From positions 62,001 to 126,000 of the forward strand of contig NW_026919187.1 of assembly GCF_032062105.1 (NCBI RefSeq): DNA of 64,000 bases. The letters are read 5' to 3'. The position numbers and the translations under genes were made by a program. The notes beneath the pieces were generated by a model. The model was given only the letters and a program-made list of their open reading frames with translations. It was not told where the DNA came from and did not search any database. Shown here piece by piece: positions 41,618 to 54,844 of this stretch (the stretch's first letter is position 1; each line of letters begins with the position of its first letter). The stretch comes from Saccostrea cucullata (lineage: Eukaryota).

Positions 41618-43122
41618 TCAGCAATTTTCAGCTTTATTATTAGCTTTTCTTCCCGCTAAACCACAACACTTTTTGCAGACGATTGCCACACTTCCTCCAA
41701 CTCCAACAGCAGCGACAACAACCAGAGAAACCATAACGTACTCCCATCCCGGCAGTCCTAGCAGCTTCTTATCTAATTCCGATTCCTCTAATTCAATAGG
41801 TAAAAAAGGCGGCGTCGATAGGGCTCCTTTTTCCATATCAAATGGTCCTATGATTTCATCCGTGGAGTCGTAGTTTGTGTGTATTGATTCTTCCTTTTGG
41901 GGAGCAGACTCTTTGCTTGAATGAGGTGAACCAGGTATGCCTAGTTCCTGTTGGTTGTTGATTTTGTTTAAACTGATGCCTATATTGGTAATAATAAATT
42001 TAATAATTATAATTTGCCTAATCAAGGATATATCATAACTGATTCTAACGGCAAAGAATAAAAGCTTGACATCACAGTCATACCTGTAAAGGGTATGATT
42101 TTTATGTCCCTGTTCATGGTTTTTTTTTAAGGTCACTCAGGTGATCTCTTTCAATCTCGTTTCGTCCGTCTTGAGTCAGGTCCAATTCTAAATTTTTTGA
42201 AAATTTCCAGCTTCTGAAATAGCTGAACCAATTTTGCTATGTAGAAACTAGTGGCAAAGGGGAAATTGAGCATAAATTTTTGAATTCATACCCCCTTTGG
42301 TATTAGGGATAGGACCAATAGCGTACGTCAAAATACAATGAAGCGCATTGAAGTGGTAAAATTTCCCGTTGGAATGGAACGTTTTGAGCTATCTTTAGAA
42401 CGTTGATTGTCATACAATGACGCCCATTTCTTTAGAAAGTAAAAATCGGTCGCATGGTTCATTGGAATACCTGTAGAACAGGTATTCTAAAAATATAATA
42501 TCCAATCAAATTGACAGTCTACATAAACACAGAGTACGCACGTGTTCGACCAATACATGTGTTATGGAAACTCCAATAAACAGATAAATTCATAATTATG
42601 TACAAATTCGTTGCAATACTTGTTTTATAGAAGGTGGAACTCTCTAAATCTCTCTTATAACTTTAAAAATCTCGATTTCAGTGAAACTGATGTTGCTTTT
42701 TGTAAAGAGTGGGGTGTCCTAAAACATTACCACGAATATTTCTTGTACGTTTCTAAAGAAATGGGCGTGTCATTCTGTAATAATTGACGTTCAAAACATG
42801 ACTCAGAACGTTTCATCCAAACGGAAAATTTTACCACTTCAATGCGCTTCATTGTAAATGCCGTCTTCAAAATCTTAAATTCTTGACATCGAGCAGTCAA
42901 ACTTTTGGCATAATTATGATACACATGAAGCACTACTTTACCTGAATTCAGTTGTTTGTTCATGGAGCGAGCCAATAAGGATTGTGTCGCTATGGAAACC
43001 AGAATAATCAGGATCCTGAATTAGAAAATTGAAAATCATTATATAAAGTGTTAATCGAAACGTTAAACCAAATAAATAATCTTACGAGATAGGAATACGC
43101 ACAAGAGTATGAAACCGAACAT
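41618..43122 (-). CDS. Small orphan type I membrane protein (signal peptide, short Pro/Ser/Glu-rich ectodomain, TM, CKKCC tail), copy 1
   Basis: Terminal exon 41979-41618 (GISLNKINN...PIELEESELDKKLLGLPGWEYVMVSLVVVAAVGVGGSVAIVCKKCCGLAGRKANNKAENC*). Candidate upstream exons 43015-42942 (ILIILVSIATQSLLARSMNKQLNS) and 43122-43086 (MFGFILLCVFLS). Paralog at 59047. The 5' structure is uncertain. Confidence 0.65.
42336..42854. mobile_element. Tc1/mariner-type MITE with ~105-bp TIRs
   Basis: TA-CAATGAAGCGCATTGAAGTGGTAAAATTT...AAATTTTACCACTTCAATGCGCTTCATTG-TA; the inner TIR part ACGCCCATTTCTTTAGAAA is also mirrored. Confidence 0.88.
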
Positions 43123-44611
43123 GTCAAATAAAGAAACACTTATAGGTACATCCAAAAAATAATAATACCAAACTGTTATATTAATGATATGCTAGAACTG
43201 AAGATAACACTCGCAATTTAAAATGCAAATATATTAGACAAAAAGGCTTATAACAAAAGAAACATACAAAAAGTATTGGTCCATGCCAATTGTAAAATAC
43301 TACTACTTGTTCAATGATAACCAGAAAACAAGTCTGATTCCTACGGTAAATTATATTTTCCTTTTTTAATATAAAATTTTCCTTTATCTGAGATATGAAC
43401 AACAATCTCTAAGACAGATGTATTGATAAATTTGAGTTAAAGAGCCCTTCCTTAACATTAAGCACTGCTTTGTTATCACAAATCCCTCATAATATGTGTA
43501 TTCTGCTTGTGTTTAAAGTTGTTAATCCAGACTTTCTGTACATATGAAATGATTTAAAATTTGATATTTGTTCAACAAATTCTTTTATCAATATGTACAG
43601 CTAAAATTGGCTTTTCATACACAGAAAAACTGAATTCGCCTTTCATGGAGTGCATTTCATTTAGGTGTACTTAAATGCTTCATTGTGTAGAACAAAAAGT
43701 TTATTATCTAGGCCTCATTTCTCAGACTTGTATCTTTATTAAATCGTCAAATCCCCTCCTCCTCAGACCTGTAACATTCTTACTATGTTCAAATGATTAA
43801 TAATTGAGTTCGCTTAGATTTCATTCCTAAGAATTACGTTTATAATATAAAATGAAAATAAACTTTTATAGCAATGAAACATAAAGAAGAAACTGTCTAA
43901 AATTCACTATTTATACTTTTTTCTTGGTCCTATCTGGATAATGATTAGTAAACTACAACGAACTGTAACGAGGGAATCGCTTACAATCAAACCAATAATC
44001 AAATATAAAACATTTCTCTTTATCTCCAGACTGAGTGGTATAACGAATAATTCTGTTGTTTCCCGACACAATTTGCAATTACACAAAAACGCACCCTAGC
44101 AAGTCACAGAGACACCTTTATTATTTAAATTAAAGTCACTAATACCCCATTCATACGACATGATTTGCATACCTAAGTATATTTTACTCATATGTAAATT
44201 TACTCACATATGCAGTTTTTGTCGTATGAACTGATTTGCACACATGTTAATTCTGCACAGTTGAGTAAATTTACACCTGGTCAGGACTAGGTGTAAATTA
44301 ACTTTTGCATACATGTTGCCGCAAATTATTAGTTCATGTGTGTAAATTTTGTCGTATGAACACGTAGCAAATTTACTTATGTACGTATGTATTTTGTTTT
44401 GTTTTGTTTATTGCATAAATCTCCATTTTAAGTGTTGTTTCGGTTGTTTATGCATTATAAAGTTTATAATATCAGTCTGTTAACATGGCGGCTAGAAAGC
44501 CAAAGAAAAATAACTGGATTTTTTAATGGTCATCTTTGCTAGACTTCAGGGACAGCTGAAAGAAAATTGAGTTTTGATAAGGGTACTGCTTTAAGGTCTT
44601 TAAAGGATACG

Positions 44612-46925
44612 CCGGTGTAAAGACGAATAATGACCCCCATAGAATAATGACCGGGGGTCATTTTTCGACAGCGAAAAATGACCCCCGGTCAATATTCTAC
44701 GGCGAAAAATGACCCCCGGTCATTATTCGACGTCGAAAAATGACCCTTTTGTCCGTAGAAAAAGTGTCACCACCCTAAAAATTTGCAGAACCCACGTGAA
44801 GAAAAATGACCCCCGTAGAAAAATGACTCCCTGTGGATTTAAGCTGAAATTTTTATGGGGCAAAAAATAGATAAAGAAGCATATTGGCCAAAATGCTCAC
44901 CTGAGCTAATTGGGAATAAATTGATGATATGTTGATCTCATAACATTATACAATTATAGCTATATTTTAAGGTCAATGCGATGATTCAGAATTTAAAGGA
45001 GTAAAAAATTTATCGAGCCTAAAGGATTGAGTAAACATTGTTTTTTGATGTTGAAAATCATCGTACTGACAGAAAAAATCAGCAGTATTATATATTATAT
45101 CCTCCGCTTGAAAAGCGGGAGGGTATATAGTGATCGGAATGTTCGTCCGTCCGTCTGTTACGCTTTGGGATATCCATCTCATCCGCAACTCCTCTTACAT
45201 ATAAAAAGATGTGTTTGTGAAACAGCTATGCCCCTGTATGGCAATATAGCGAAGATTAAACTTTTCTTAAATGCAATTTAAATATATTGGTGCCCAACGT
45301 AGGGTCTTCTCACAAGAAATACAATTGCAAAATAGGAAAGCCCTAGCGCCACTTGTTCAAAAGTAATGGCTAAGGATACGTTTTTTGAAAGGTACAGTGT
45401 AGGTCAAACTCAAAAGTCAAATGGTCAAAGTTGATGGTCTCTTAAGAAAGGTTTAATGTAACAAGGATTACATATGTGAAGTATGAAAACCAAAGCCCTT
45501 ACCGTTCAAAAGTAATGGCCAAGGTTAAAGTTTTTTTTATAAGTACGGAAATCTCCAAGATCAAGGTCAGAAGGTTAAAGGTTTTAGTATCCAATGAAAG
45601 GCCATGCCATAAAAAATACATATGTGAAGTATGAGAGTACTAGTATCTACCGTTTAAAAGTTATGGCCAAAATAAAAATTTGGCATTTTTGTGTAAAATG
45701 GGACAAACTCCAAGTAAAGGTCAAATTTGGCGGGACCCAAAAAAAGGTCTTGTCACAAGAAATACACATATTGAATATGAAAGTCATAGCTCAAATAAAT
45801 GAAAAGTTATGGTCAAGATTAAAGTTTTCTCGGACAAACAGACCGCCAGATAGACAGACAGACATACAGACGGACACGATAAAACTATATACTATATATA
45901 TTTAAAATATCTTTAATCATATTGTGATAGCTGCATGTATAGGATGGAACATAAAAAAATATACAGCAGGCGTCCTGTCATCCATTTCTATTTTTACTCA
46001 CTCGTCCGAATGAAACCTTATTAATTCGAACAAATAACTTATTTGTACGCGCCGATATTAATTAAAAACAATTTTTTTTTCGGAAACAACGTATCAATAG
46101 AGTCAGTTAAGATTGATTGATTGTATAATGTGTTAAACATTAAGTCTCTCTCCAGAATATTTCACTGATATGGAGACGTCACCATTGCCGGTGAAGGGCT
46201 GCAAATTTAGGCCTATGCTCGGCACTTACGGCCTTTGAGAAAAAAAATTATATTCATAAATTTCATCTCCAGCGTGTGTTGGATCCATTTACATGTGCCA
46301 TCTTTGATTTTCTAGGTTTGCTCCTTTATCAGAGATAATGAAGATTAATTGAATGATTGTGAATTGCTCAAAACTGATCTGCCAATATTACGCCAGAGAG
46401 AAATGAGGAACTTTATTACCCCTACGTGCTAAGAAGAATAAAGATCAAATCATAGACCTAAATCGCTTTAAGTCTATGATCAAATCTATTCGAACAAATG
46501 CATGGATTACTCGAAGGAAGAACAATTATAATGTACAGCATATTTTCCCTTTCATCTGTTATAAATTTTGTATTGCTTTAAAGGGGGTCATTGCTAAGAA
46601 GAACAAAGATCAAATCATAGACCTAAATCTCTTTAGTCTATGATCAGATCTATTCAAACACATGCATGAATTACTCGAAGGAAGAACAATTATAATATAC
46701 AGCATATTTTTCCCTTTCATCTGTTATAAATTTTGTATCGCTTTAAAGGGGGTCATTTTTCAATGGGGGTCAATTTTTAATAGTACTAACATATAAAATA
46801 ATGACCCCTGGGACTCTTTTTCTACAAAAAATGATTTTTTTCTACGGGTGGGGGTCATTTTTTGTCGTTGAAAAATGACCCCCCGGTCATTATTCGATGG
46901 GGGTCATTATTCGTCTTTACACCGG
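44612..46925. mobile_element. Non-autonomous TIR element (CCGG termini, AAAATGACCCC subterminal repeats) inserted in the Harbinger transposase
   Basis: CCGGTGTAAAGACGAATAATGACCCCCAT at 44612, reverse complement ending at 46925. Contains HINE fragments, a SINE piece and a 165-bp tandem pair (46428/46593). Confidence 0.85.
46108..46240 (-). mobile_element. Bivalve-type SINE 3' fragment
   Basis: (GATT)n tail plus GGAGACGTCACCATTGCCGGTGAAGGGCTGCAAATTTAGGCCTATGCTCGGCAC core, similar to 57588 and 62423. Confidence 0.65.
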
Positions 46926-48609
46926 GTTATTCTAGCATAGTTCTTTCCACAAATGGCTTTTTCAACTCTGAAATAATATCTCTAGTGTCCTCTGAGATAA
47001 ATTTGAATTTGCAAAAATGTGCGCATCTTGCACTCTTTCTGGCAAACCTATGTTTATGCCTCTAACTTATTAAGATATAGCTGTGGTCGCGCAAACATGT
47101 GCCCTTCGGGATCAATAATAGTCCCTTTACAATTCAAGTAGTCTCTTCATGAGAATGCTCCGGAGCTGTGATAGGAATAGGCATTACATTAATCGACCGG
47201 ACCCCATTACAGATTGACTTTCTTCTACCTTTCTTTGTTTTTAAACCAAGGCAGTGTACTGACATAAATTGATGCTACATGAATTTCAACAACCCTGTTG
47301 AAAATAAGCATTTTTAAGCACTCTCTATCCTTGGCACCTGATTCCATCATGAATTTCTAGGGATTCGTGTTTATTTCCTATTCATATATTTGTTTTGTTT
47401 GAATTTTTTTAAATCGACCGCCCATTTCATTCTCCAGGAAAATACATATAATATTCAAGCAGATACTTCATAATGACCTTGCAAACTTGATGTACTGTAG
47501 ATTTCCAAACACCAAAAAGATTTCCAGTTGTACTTTTTTCTGCTAAAGACGCCATTCAGAAGATGGCAAGAGCCATCTTTTTCTTAACACCCATCGGCTC
47601 TTCTATAGTCTTTAGGACCAAGGCCAAAACATTTTCCAATTTTAAACAATGAATTTAATTATTTTTTTCCTCTGTAAATTTTTCCAAAAATCTATTAAGA
47701 TCGCTTTTTTTCCCGTACCAAAAAATAAATGGATCGGATTTCCGCCTTCCTTCTTTGAGGAACATTCGAAAGTCAGTCTTATACCCAAATAGTAAGAAAA
47801 TAACCTTTTTTTAAAAATCTACAATTCTGAATCTGTAGATCTCCTTATTTTATATGAATGATAAGGATTTACTTACAGTACATAAATCTCGTCTGAACAT
47901 ATAGCAAATTTACTTTTACTTACGTGTGTATATTTACTCATATGTAAATTTGCACACGTAAGCAAATTTTCGTTGTATGAATGGGGTATAAGACACAAAT
48001 AAAAGTCACAAAGACACTAGTCATTGAGAAACAAAAGAACTAGATTCCTGAGGTGAGTGGTCTAACGAACAATTCCGTTGTTTGCCGACACAGCCCAAGA
48101 ACCTAGCCCGAGACGTGTTACCCAAGCGGTGAGTAACGATCAAGTAACCAAATACTGCATGGGTGTCTGTATTTATACTTTTTCTCCTATGATTAATTAA
48201 TAATGATAAGTTAATGATTGGGGAACTCTGATTGGCTGTTATATAAACGAGGATTGGTTAAATATAAAATAATTCGATTGGAAGATTACGGAGACATTTC
48301 AATCCACCATAATTATTCTATTTCATTACATTACCCACGCCTTTGAAAAAAAATATGCGTCCTCGCATAGGTAAACAGTATAATAAGGTGAAAGACATTG
48401 AAGTAATAAACTACCTTACTCATTTTTATATACATGTTCAGAAAGAAACGTAGTCACTGAGATAAGCTGGCCTGCTTCTCTTTCGTTTGCTATCTGCCTG
48501 AAAAGACTCCTTTTTATTTGTAGCCTCAGTATCTTCAGCAATCTCACAGGAATCAAACACTGTTTTTTCTGCAATATTTTTCTCTTGCAAGGTTTTGATT
48601 TTAGGATCT

Positions 48610-48737
48610 GGCCTGGGGGGAAAAACTTAGACGAGCTCACTTTTGATCTCAGTCTCACTTTTCCACTGTATATTCCTTTGGAAAAAGTGAGACTAAGATC
48701 AAAAGTGAGTTCGTCTAAGTTTTATGGTCCCCAGGTC
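48610..48737. mobile_element. ~125-bp hairpin MITE in the Gypsy 3' region
   Basis: AAAACTTAGACGAGCTCACTTTTGATCTCAGTCTCACTTTTCCA / TGGAAAAAGTGAGACTAAGATCAAAAGTGAGTTCGTCTAAGTTTT. Confidence 0.8.
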
Positions 48738-51700
48738 AGGTCTTTCACTGGCCTTATTCTCTCAGTATGAATTACTTGGTTTGTACCCCTATGTCCACAA
48801 TTTACTTTATAAAAACAGTGGGACATTTCTCAATAATTTCAAATGGCCCTTGCCAATATGACGAGAACTTGGGAGATGTACCAGTCTTATGTTTTTGGAA
48901 AGTAAACGTAAACTCTGTCACCTGGCTTAAATGACTTCCAGCTTTATTTTCTCTCATGGTACCACTTCTGTCGTTCTATACTCTCTTTTGTCATTTCCCT
49001 GACAACTGCATGTGCTTATTCTATAATTTTTGTTGTAACTTCCAAACCCATCTATTCTGTGGTATTCTCTTAATATCAGAATGGACCTCATATACAATAT
49101 CCAGAGGTGTAGCGACCTCTCTACCTAACATAATTTTGTTCGGAGTTGCACCAGTTGATTCGTGGACTGCTGCTCTGTATGTCATCATTACGTATGGGAG
49201 ATGTTCATCCCAATCCGTATGGTGCTCATTGACATATGCTGACATGGTAGCTAGTGTCTTGTTGAATCTTTCAAACATCACGTCCGATTGGGGGTGGTAC
49301 AGGGTGGTATGTGTTTTCTCTATATTCAAAAGCTGGCACATTTCTGTAAAAAGATTGCTCTCAAACTGGACTCTTTGTTCTTTCATCATGGAACTGTCCT
49401 TATACTGTACGTCTTTCATTGTATGGCACAGCAGCTTGCAGAGAAACTTTGCCATTTTCGTGCTTTTTTCTTTTGGAAGAGCATTCCTTCTTCTAATACC
49501 AGAGCATCCAACTGAGAACATAGAGGCTTTATGAAGTTGCTATGACCAGAAATCTCTGATGACTCCGGCTTTACACCTTTTTCAACCCATTTGATCAGTT
49601 GATTTATGTCTCTGTCATCGGTTTGGCTTTCAAAGACAACTTAACCAGAGGTGCTACACTACTTATAGTATTAACTATACATTCAGAGGATGTACAACAT
49701 GCTTTTCTGAAAGGTAAACGGCTGAGGGCATCAGCATTTCATGTTTATTCACTGGTCTGTGTTCAATTGTCATTTGAAAATTGCTCAATGATTCAAACCA
49801 TTGAGCAAGCTGGTCTTCTGGATTCTTGCTGTTCATTAGCCATTTTAAAGAACTGTGATCTGTTCTAACTTAAAACTGTTTGCGATACAAGTAGTGTTTG
49901 TAATATTTTGTAAAGTAAACAACAGCTAACAGCTCCTTTCTTGTCAAGCAGTATTTACGTTCGGCCTTAGATAAGGTTCTGCTGCCAAAAGCAATTACTC
50001 TTTCTACTCCATTTTGTATCTGTGAAAGAACTGCCCCTATTGCTAAGTCACTAGCATCTGTATCCAAAATAAATGACTGTGTAAAGTCAGGATGGGCAAG
50101 AATTGGTGCAGAGATAAGTGCATGTCGAAGCGAGTTAAAGGATGCTTGACAATCATTTGTCCATTTGAAATTTGTTTCCTTTTCAGTCAATTTGTTCAGT
50201 GGCTTTGCCTTTTCTGCGGAGATATGTATAAAACGCCTGTAGTAGCTGCAGAGACCTAAAAATCTTTTTACCTCTGTAAGATTTGTAGGCACAGACAAAT
50301 TTTGTACTGCAGATATTTTTGAAGGATCAGTGCTTACTCCTTCTTCTGATACCACGTGTCCGAGAAATTCAACATTCTTATGAAACAGGTGACACTTTCT
50401 TGTTTTCAGTTTTAGTTTAGCAGATGGCAGTCTATCAAAAACCTGTGTGAGGTTTTCTAACATGTTGGTAAACGACGTTCCGATAACAATTATGTCATCT
50501 AGATACACCAGACATGCCATTGCAAGCCACTCAGAACAGTGTCCATTAACCTTTTGAAAGTTGCCGGGGCATTCCAAAGGCCAAACGACATTACATTAAA
50601 GTGGTATAAACCACGTTTAGTTGCAAATGCTGTTTTTAATTTATATGAGTCGTCGATGCCAATACCCGGAGCACAAGTCAAGGGTTGAGAACCACATTGC
50701 TTCGGAAGACTGTCTAATGAGTCGTCGATGCGTGGAAGTGGGTTGGTGTCTTTGACTGTAGCTGCATTAGAACACCTGTAGTCCACGCAGAAACGCAGAG
50801 AACCATTTTTCTTTTTAGCCAAAACTCCTGATGCCAACGAGCTATTCGATTTCTCTATAATATTCCTGTCAAGCATGTCATCTAACTGTTTGTCCATCTC
50901 ATCCTGTAAATGATGTGGAATTCTTCGTGGAGGTTCTTTCAGTGGGGAGCATTCTTGGTATCAATCGTGTGTTTGACTAGTGAGGTGCCTCCCAAGTTTC
51001 TGTCTGACATCGCAAATATATCTGCATACCTAGTCAAGAACTTCTGTAATTTAGGTATTTCACCAGCATTTAGATTAACTTTAGATCTCTCGAACAGACC
51101 CTGCAGATGGGACGGCAGATCTTTAGAAGTTGGTTCATAAATATTGTCGACTGAACTCAAATTTGCAAAAAATGTTCTTGGATGCACTGTGTTTGATGTT
51201 CATGGGATGGATTCATTATTCGAACTGGTATTTCTCCATCTTTTACATATCCAACTGATCTTGCTATTAACGCTTTTCCTGCTTTGAGAAACTTTTCTGA
51301 TGATTCTATCATACCTAAAATTTCTTTCATGTCGCAGGATTTTGACGGCATTGAGACCTTACAATACGTAGTATTTCACTTCTTGCGGGAACAACAATCA
51401 TCTCTTTCGAGTTAATTCTGAAGCACCCGATTTTTCCAAAGAAATCAGCTTTGGTCGTTTACCTCAAATACCCATTAACTATATCTATCATACAATTGTG
51501 TTTCTTCATAAAGTCAAGTACAATGACTCCATCAAGAGAAAAATCTGCTACAATGACATTTTGGCTATAAAAACTATCACTCAGATTAATGCAAATGCAA
51601 TGTTTTCCTTTCACAGTTAGGTGAAAGGATGAGACTATTTGAACAGTTTTGTACAAAACTGGTTTGTTTTGTATAACCTCGTAAACTTTACTGGACAGTA

Positions 51701-51978
51701 CTTACAGTGTTGCTCCAGTGTCAGCAAGTAATTTCGCTTCAATCCCCTGGATGGTAGCTGATTCCAGCTTCAGGATCATATTGGTTTACCCAACTTGAGC
51801 TTTGTAAGACGTGATACATTTGATTATGTTTTGTACAAGATATTTCTTTGTACTAGATGAATATCTTCTATGTGATGATGGGGTTTGTGGAGTTCTTCTA
51901 TAACATTGGGGATAGTCATATCGAAAATGGTTTTGAGTTGCATAGCAAAGGTCAGTGGTCAGCAATGTTGCTGCACTG

Positions 51979-52285
51979 CCCATATCTTTTGTGTTTTTTG
52001 GACATTAACTTGGTGGACAGCGTTTAGTTGCACCAGAATTGCTATGCGTATTTTAAGTAATTGACTAATGGTAAGCTTCTTGGTTGCATTAGTCATGCAT
52101 CAATGGTTGGCATATCGTTGCATTGAAGCATGTTGCCTCACTACCCATATCTTTTGTGTGTGTGTGTGGGGGGGTTTACATTAACTTGGTGGCCAGCATT
52201 TAGTTGCAGCAAATCTGCTATGCGTATTTTTCAATAATTGACTAATGGTCAGCTTTTTGGTTGCATTAGTCATGTAATAAATGGT
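51979..52285. repeat. Two ~165-bp tandem units
   Basis: CCCATATCTTTTGTG..CATTAACTTGGTGG.CAGC.TTTAGTTGCA..GCTATGCGTATTTT..TTGACTAATGG at 51979 and 52144. Confidence 0.75.
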
Positions 52286-53149
52286 TAAAATATGGTTGCA
52301 TTAAACTTTATTGTGAAGAATGCAATGTTTTGACTGTGTTGGATATTCATGTGAATACCAAGATGTACATTTATTTTTCAATTCTGAAAATTTTTGGATT
52401 TTTTAGTGTTTATTTGCTTGGAATTGTTGATACCAATTTTACTAACATCTCCTCTTTAAAAATGTCCCCACTGGGCTGCACCTAGGTTTACTCATATAAG
52501 TCCTATATACATTGCTGGCATCATGTTATTGTCAATATGTTTTTTTATATTAATTTTAAATTAGTTTGTTTGGAATAAGGCAATGATAATGAATTTTCTG
52601 AATACATTTCGGGTGGCGCAAGGAAGTGCTTGACGCCTTTCCTTTTTGCAATACTTTGGAGACCACCTATTTGGTCAATTTATATATGTTATGTAATAGT
52701 CACATACTGGGAGGCCATTTTGTTATTGCATAATTGTTTCATATTTTTTCTCAGAAATTGTGTTTTAATGTTTCATTATCTCCCAGTCTTTTTTATTATT
52801 CAGTTTTATGTATTATATTATATGTTGTCATTTCATAATAAATGACATTTTTTGTAACAAACATGTCTTGTGTTATTTGGCAAAAAAACAAGCTCAATAT
52901 GTTGTCAGAGGAGTGTTTAATTGAAGGAATGAAAGCTGAACTTAAACTTAAAAAAAGACTCAAACTTGTTATATATTGTAAGATATGTTATGATTCAGAA
53001 AAAAATTCAAAATCATTTATCTAATGTTAAACTTCTTAAACATTCTTACGGATATAATGTGCGTATTTGTTAGCTTTTAAAGATGTACATGTAAAATTTT
53101 TCTCTTCCTCTGCTTACTCCAATAAAAGAATGGCCTATAGCCATCAGTT

Positions 53150-54665
53150 CTGTATCGTGCGTTCTTAATCCTCGTCTGTCACTGGCCCTTCTCTCTTCTG
53201 TTTTCCCTCTGGTGTCCAGAGGAGAGCTGATAATGTCCTTTCTATGTACACGTGTTTCTATGCAGATTCCAACATATGATGATGATGATGATGATACTTC
53301 TCATGGACTTTTTATGGAATAACAACAGATTGCTCAGGTCACTTTCTGTCATTCTCCAGCATCTGATCCAGACAAAAAGATACGTAGTATCCAGCTTTTG
53401 TACAATTTTAGTTTTGTCCTAAATGCTGTCCTCGTTTTGGATAGTCTCTCTTTGATATCGGTCTCTGCTCCACCATCTGTTGTTACCTTGCTACCCAAGT
53501 TTATACGAGGGTTGTTCGGAAAGTTCGTGGACTAGCGCCGTAACATTAAAACCGCTTAAGATACATCAATGAAATTTTCATCGTTTAGTTAGCATTATCT
53601 TTTTATTTATTAAATAAACTATACACCTTTAATTTTATTTTTTAATAAATTGTCGATGTGAAAGCAATGGTATGTCCAGTCGGCGCAACCTCGAAGATTA
53701 CGTTTTTCTACTGCCTGAGAAAAAAACTCTGAATTCTTTTTCTTAAATAAGCATTCTTTTTCTCAAATAAGCATTTGTCATCCGAAAACCCCGCTAATTC
53801 ACTCATGTAGTATGACACAATTGTACCGTAAAATTGCAATTTTTACCCCCTTCTGTAAGTATTTTGAAATTTTATCGTAATTTTTTTTAGAGGTTGTAAT
53901 GACGCCAGAAACGGGTTGGTTTCTTTTCCAATATTTTATAAAATTTCACCCCCTGGAAAAACTGGCATAGATCTAGGAAATATTTAAATGGGCTGCTGAA
54001 AAATAAAATGCATTTATAGTACTTGATTTTAAATGCCAAAGAAAAAGATAAAAGAAACGAGAGATGTAAAATATATTGTCGATTTATAGTTAGGATGTTC
54101 AAAATCTGTCACGTCGAAAAGTGACGCTTATCATGTGTGATAGATGTTGGAGTCCGACAAGCAAATATGCTGTTATAATCGAGTGAATATCTTTTACTAT
54201 GTATAGATCTATTTACAATTTAATATGCATTTTAATCAGCTGTTCATGACATTGTACAATCAAATAAACAAGACCGGTTTAAATCTTTAATTAACTCCAA
54301 AGAAACTCATCAAGATAAGTTTTTGAGGTAGAAAATGATAACCTCAAGAAACAATGACGAAACTAAATGGCAACAGCGCCCGGTGATCATATGATGTCTT
54401 TTTATTTTAGGATAATTTGATAAGTATTCAAGGTATAAAGCTATAATTTTCAACATTTCTTAAACTTTTGTTGTTTGATTTCTTTAAAATTTTTAAGCAT
54501 AGACTAGTACATAGTATTAATTTTATTGCATAAGTCCACGAACTTTTTGAACAGCCCTCGTAAGGGCGTTGATGTATGGGAGGATGTGATTTTCCACATT
54601 GACCCGTGGTGCGTTGTTCAGGGTCATGACCTTTGTTTTGTTTGATTAAGACTTGGCCCATTTAC
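53150..54665 (-). mobile_element. RTE-type LINE 3' relic, split by a mariner
   Basis: NKTKVMTLN...NAL (54565-54645) continues across the mariner as LGSKVTTDGGAETDIKERLSKTRTAF..KLKLYKS (53390-53500). Confidence 0.7.
53506..54560. mobile_element. Non-autonomous mariner-like element
   Basis: TA-CGAGGGTTGTTCGGAAAGTTCGTGGACT ... AGTCCACGAACTTTTTGAACAGCCCTCG-TA. Confidence 0.88.
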
Positions 54666-54725
54666 ATTTTTAAAAATCATAACAAAATTTTATTCAAACA
54701 TGACCACATTATCTTGTTTTAACTG

Positions 54726-54726
<1 letters not shown>

Positions 54727-54805
<79 letters not shown>
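54727..54805. repeat. (CA)n and (TA)n microsatellites
   Basis: Direct inspection; adjacent to the assembly gap. Confidence 0.95.
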
Positions 54806-54809
<4 letters not shown>

Positions 54810-54844
54810 TAAATAATCACAACGAAAAATAAAAAGCTTTGACA

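Larger units (their letters stand above)
44143..47988 (-). mobile_element. PIF/Harbinger transposon with pseudogenised DDE transposase
   Basis: TIR TACCCCATTCATAC / GTATGAATGGGGTA with TAA TSD. Minus-strand relics KKMALAIF*MAS..TTGNLFGVWKSTVHQVC (47460-47630), IPITAPEHSHE/DYLNCKG (47120-47190), GLPERVQDAHIFANSNL (47000-47055) and LSKTQFSFS..SLAKMTIKK (44520-44600) match HARBI1-family motifs. Confidence 0.85.
43964..51790 (-). mobile_element. Degenerate Ty3/Gypsy LTR retrotransposon (pol relic plus 3' LTR; LTR split by a Harbinger insertion)
   Basis: Frameshifted pol in Gypsy order: protease LLADTGAT (~51710-51740), RT (LRFCVDYR, YLDDII), RNase H (DTDASD..IGAVLSQ), integrase (YHPQSD..ERFNKTL), GPF motif at ~48845. 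LTR runs TGTAAC (43964)...TTACA (48330), with PPT-like AAAGGCGTGGGTAA at 48331-48344 (-), CCAAT boxes 48215-48282, TATAAATA ~48170 and AATAAA ~44120. Confidence 0.85.

Noticed and set aside
48956-49534. 192-aa plus-strand ORF
   Set aside because: Antisense shadow of the Gypsy integrase relic.
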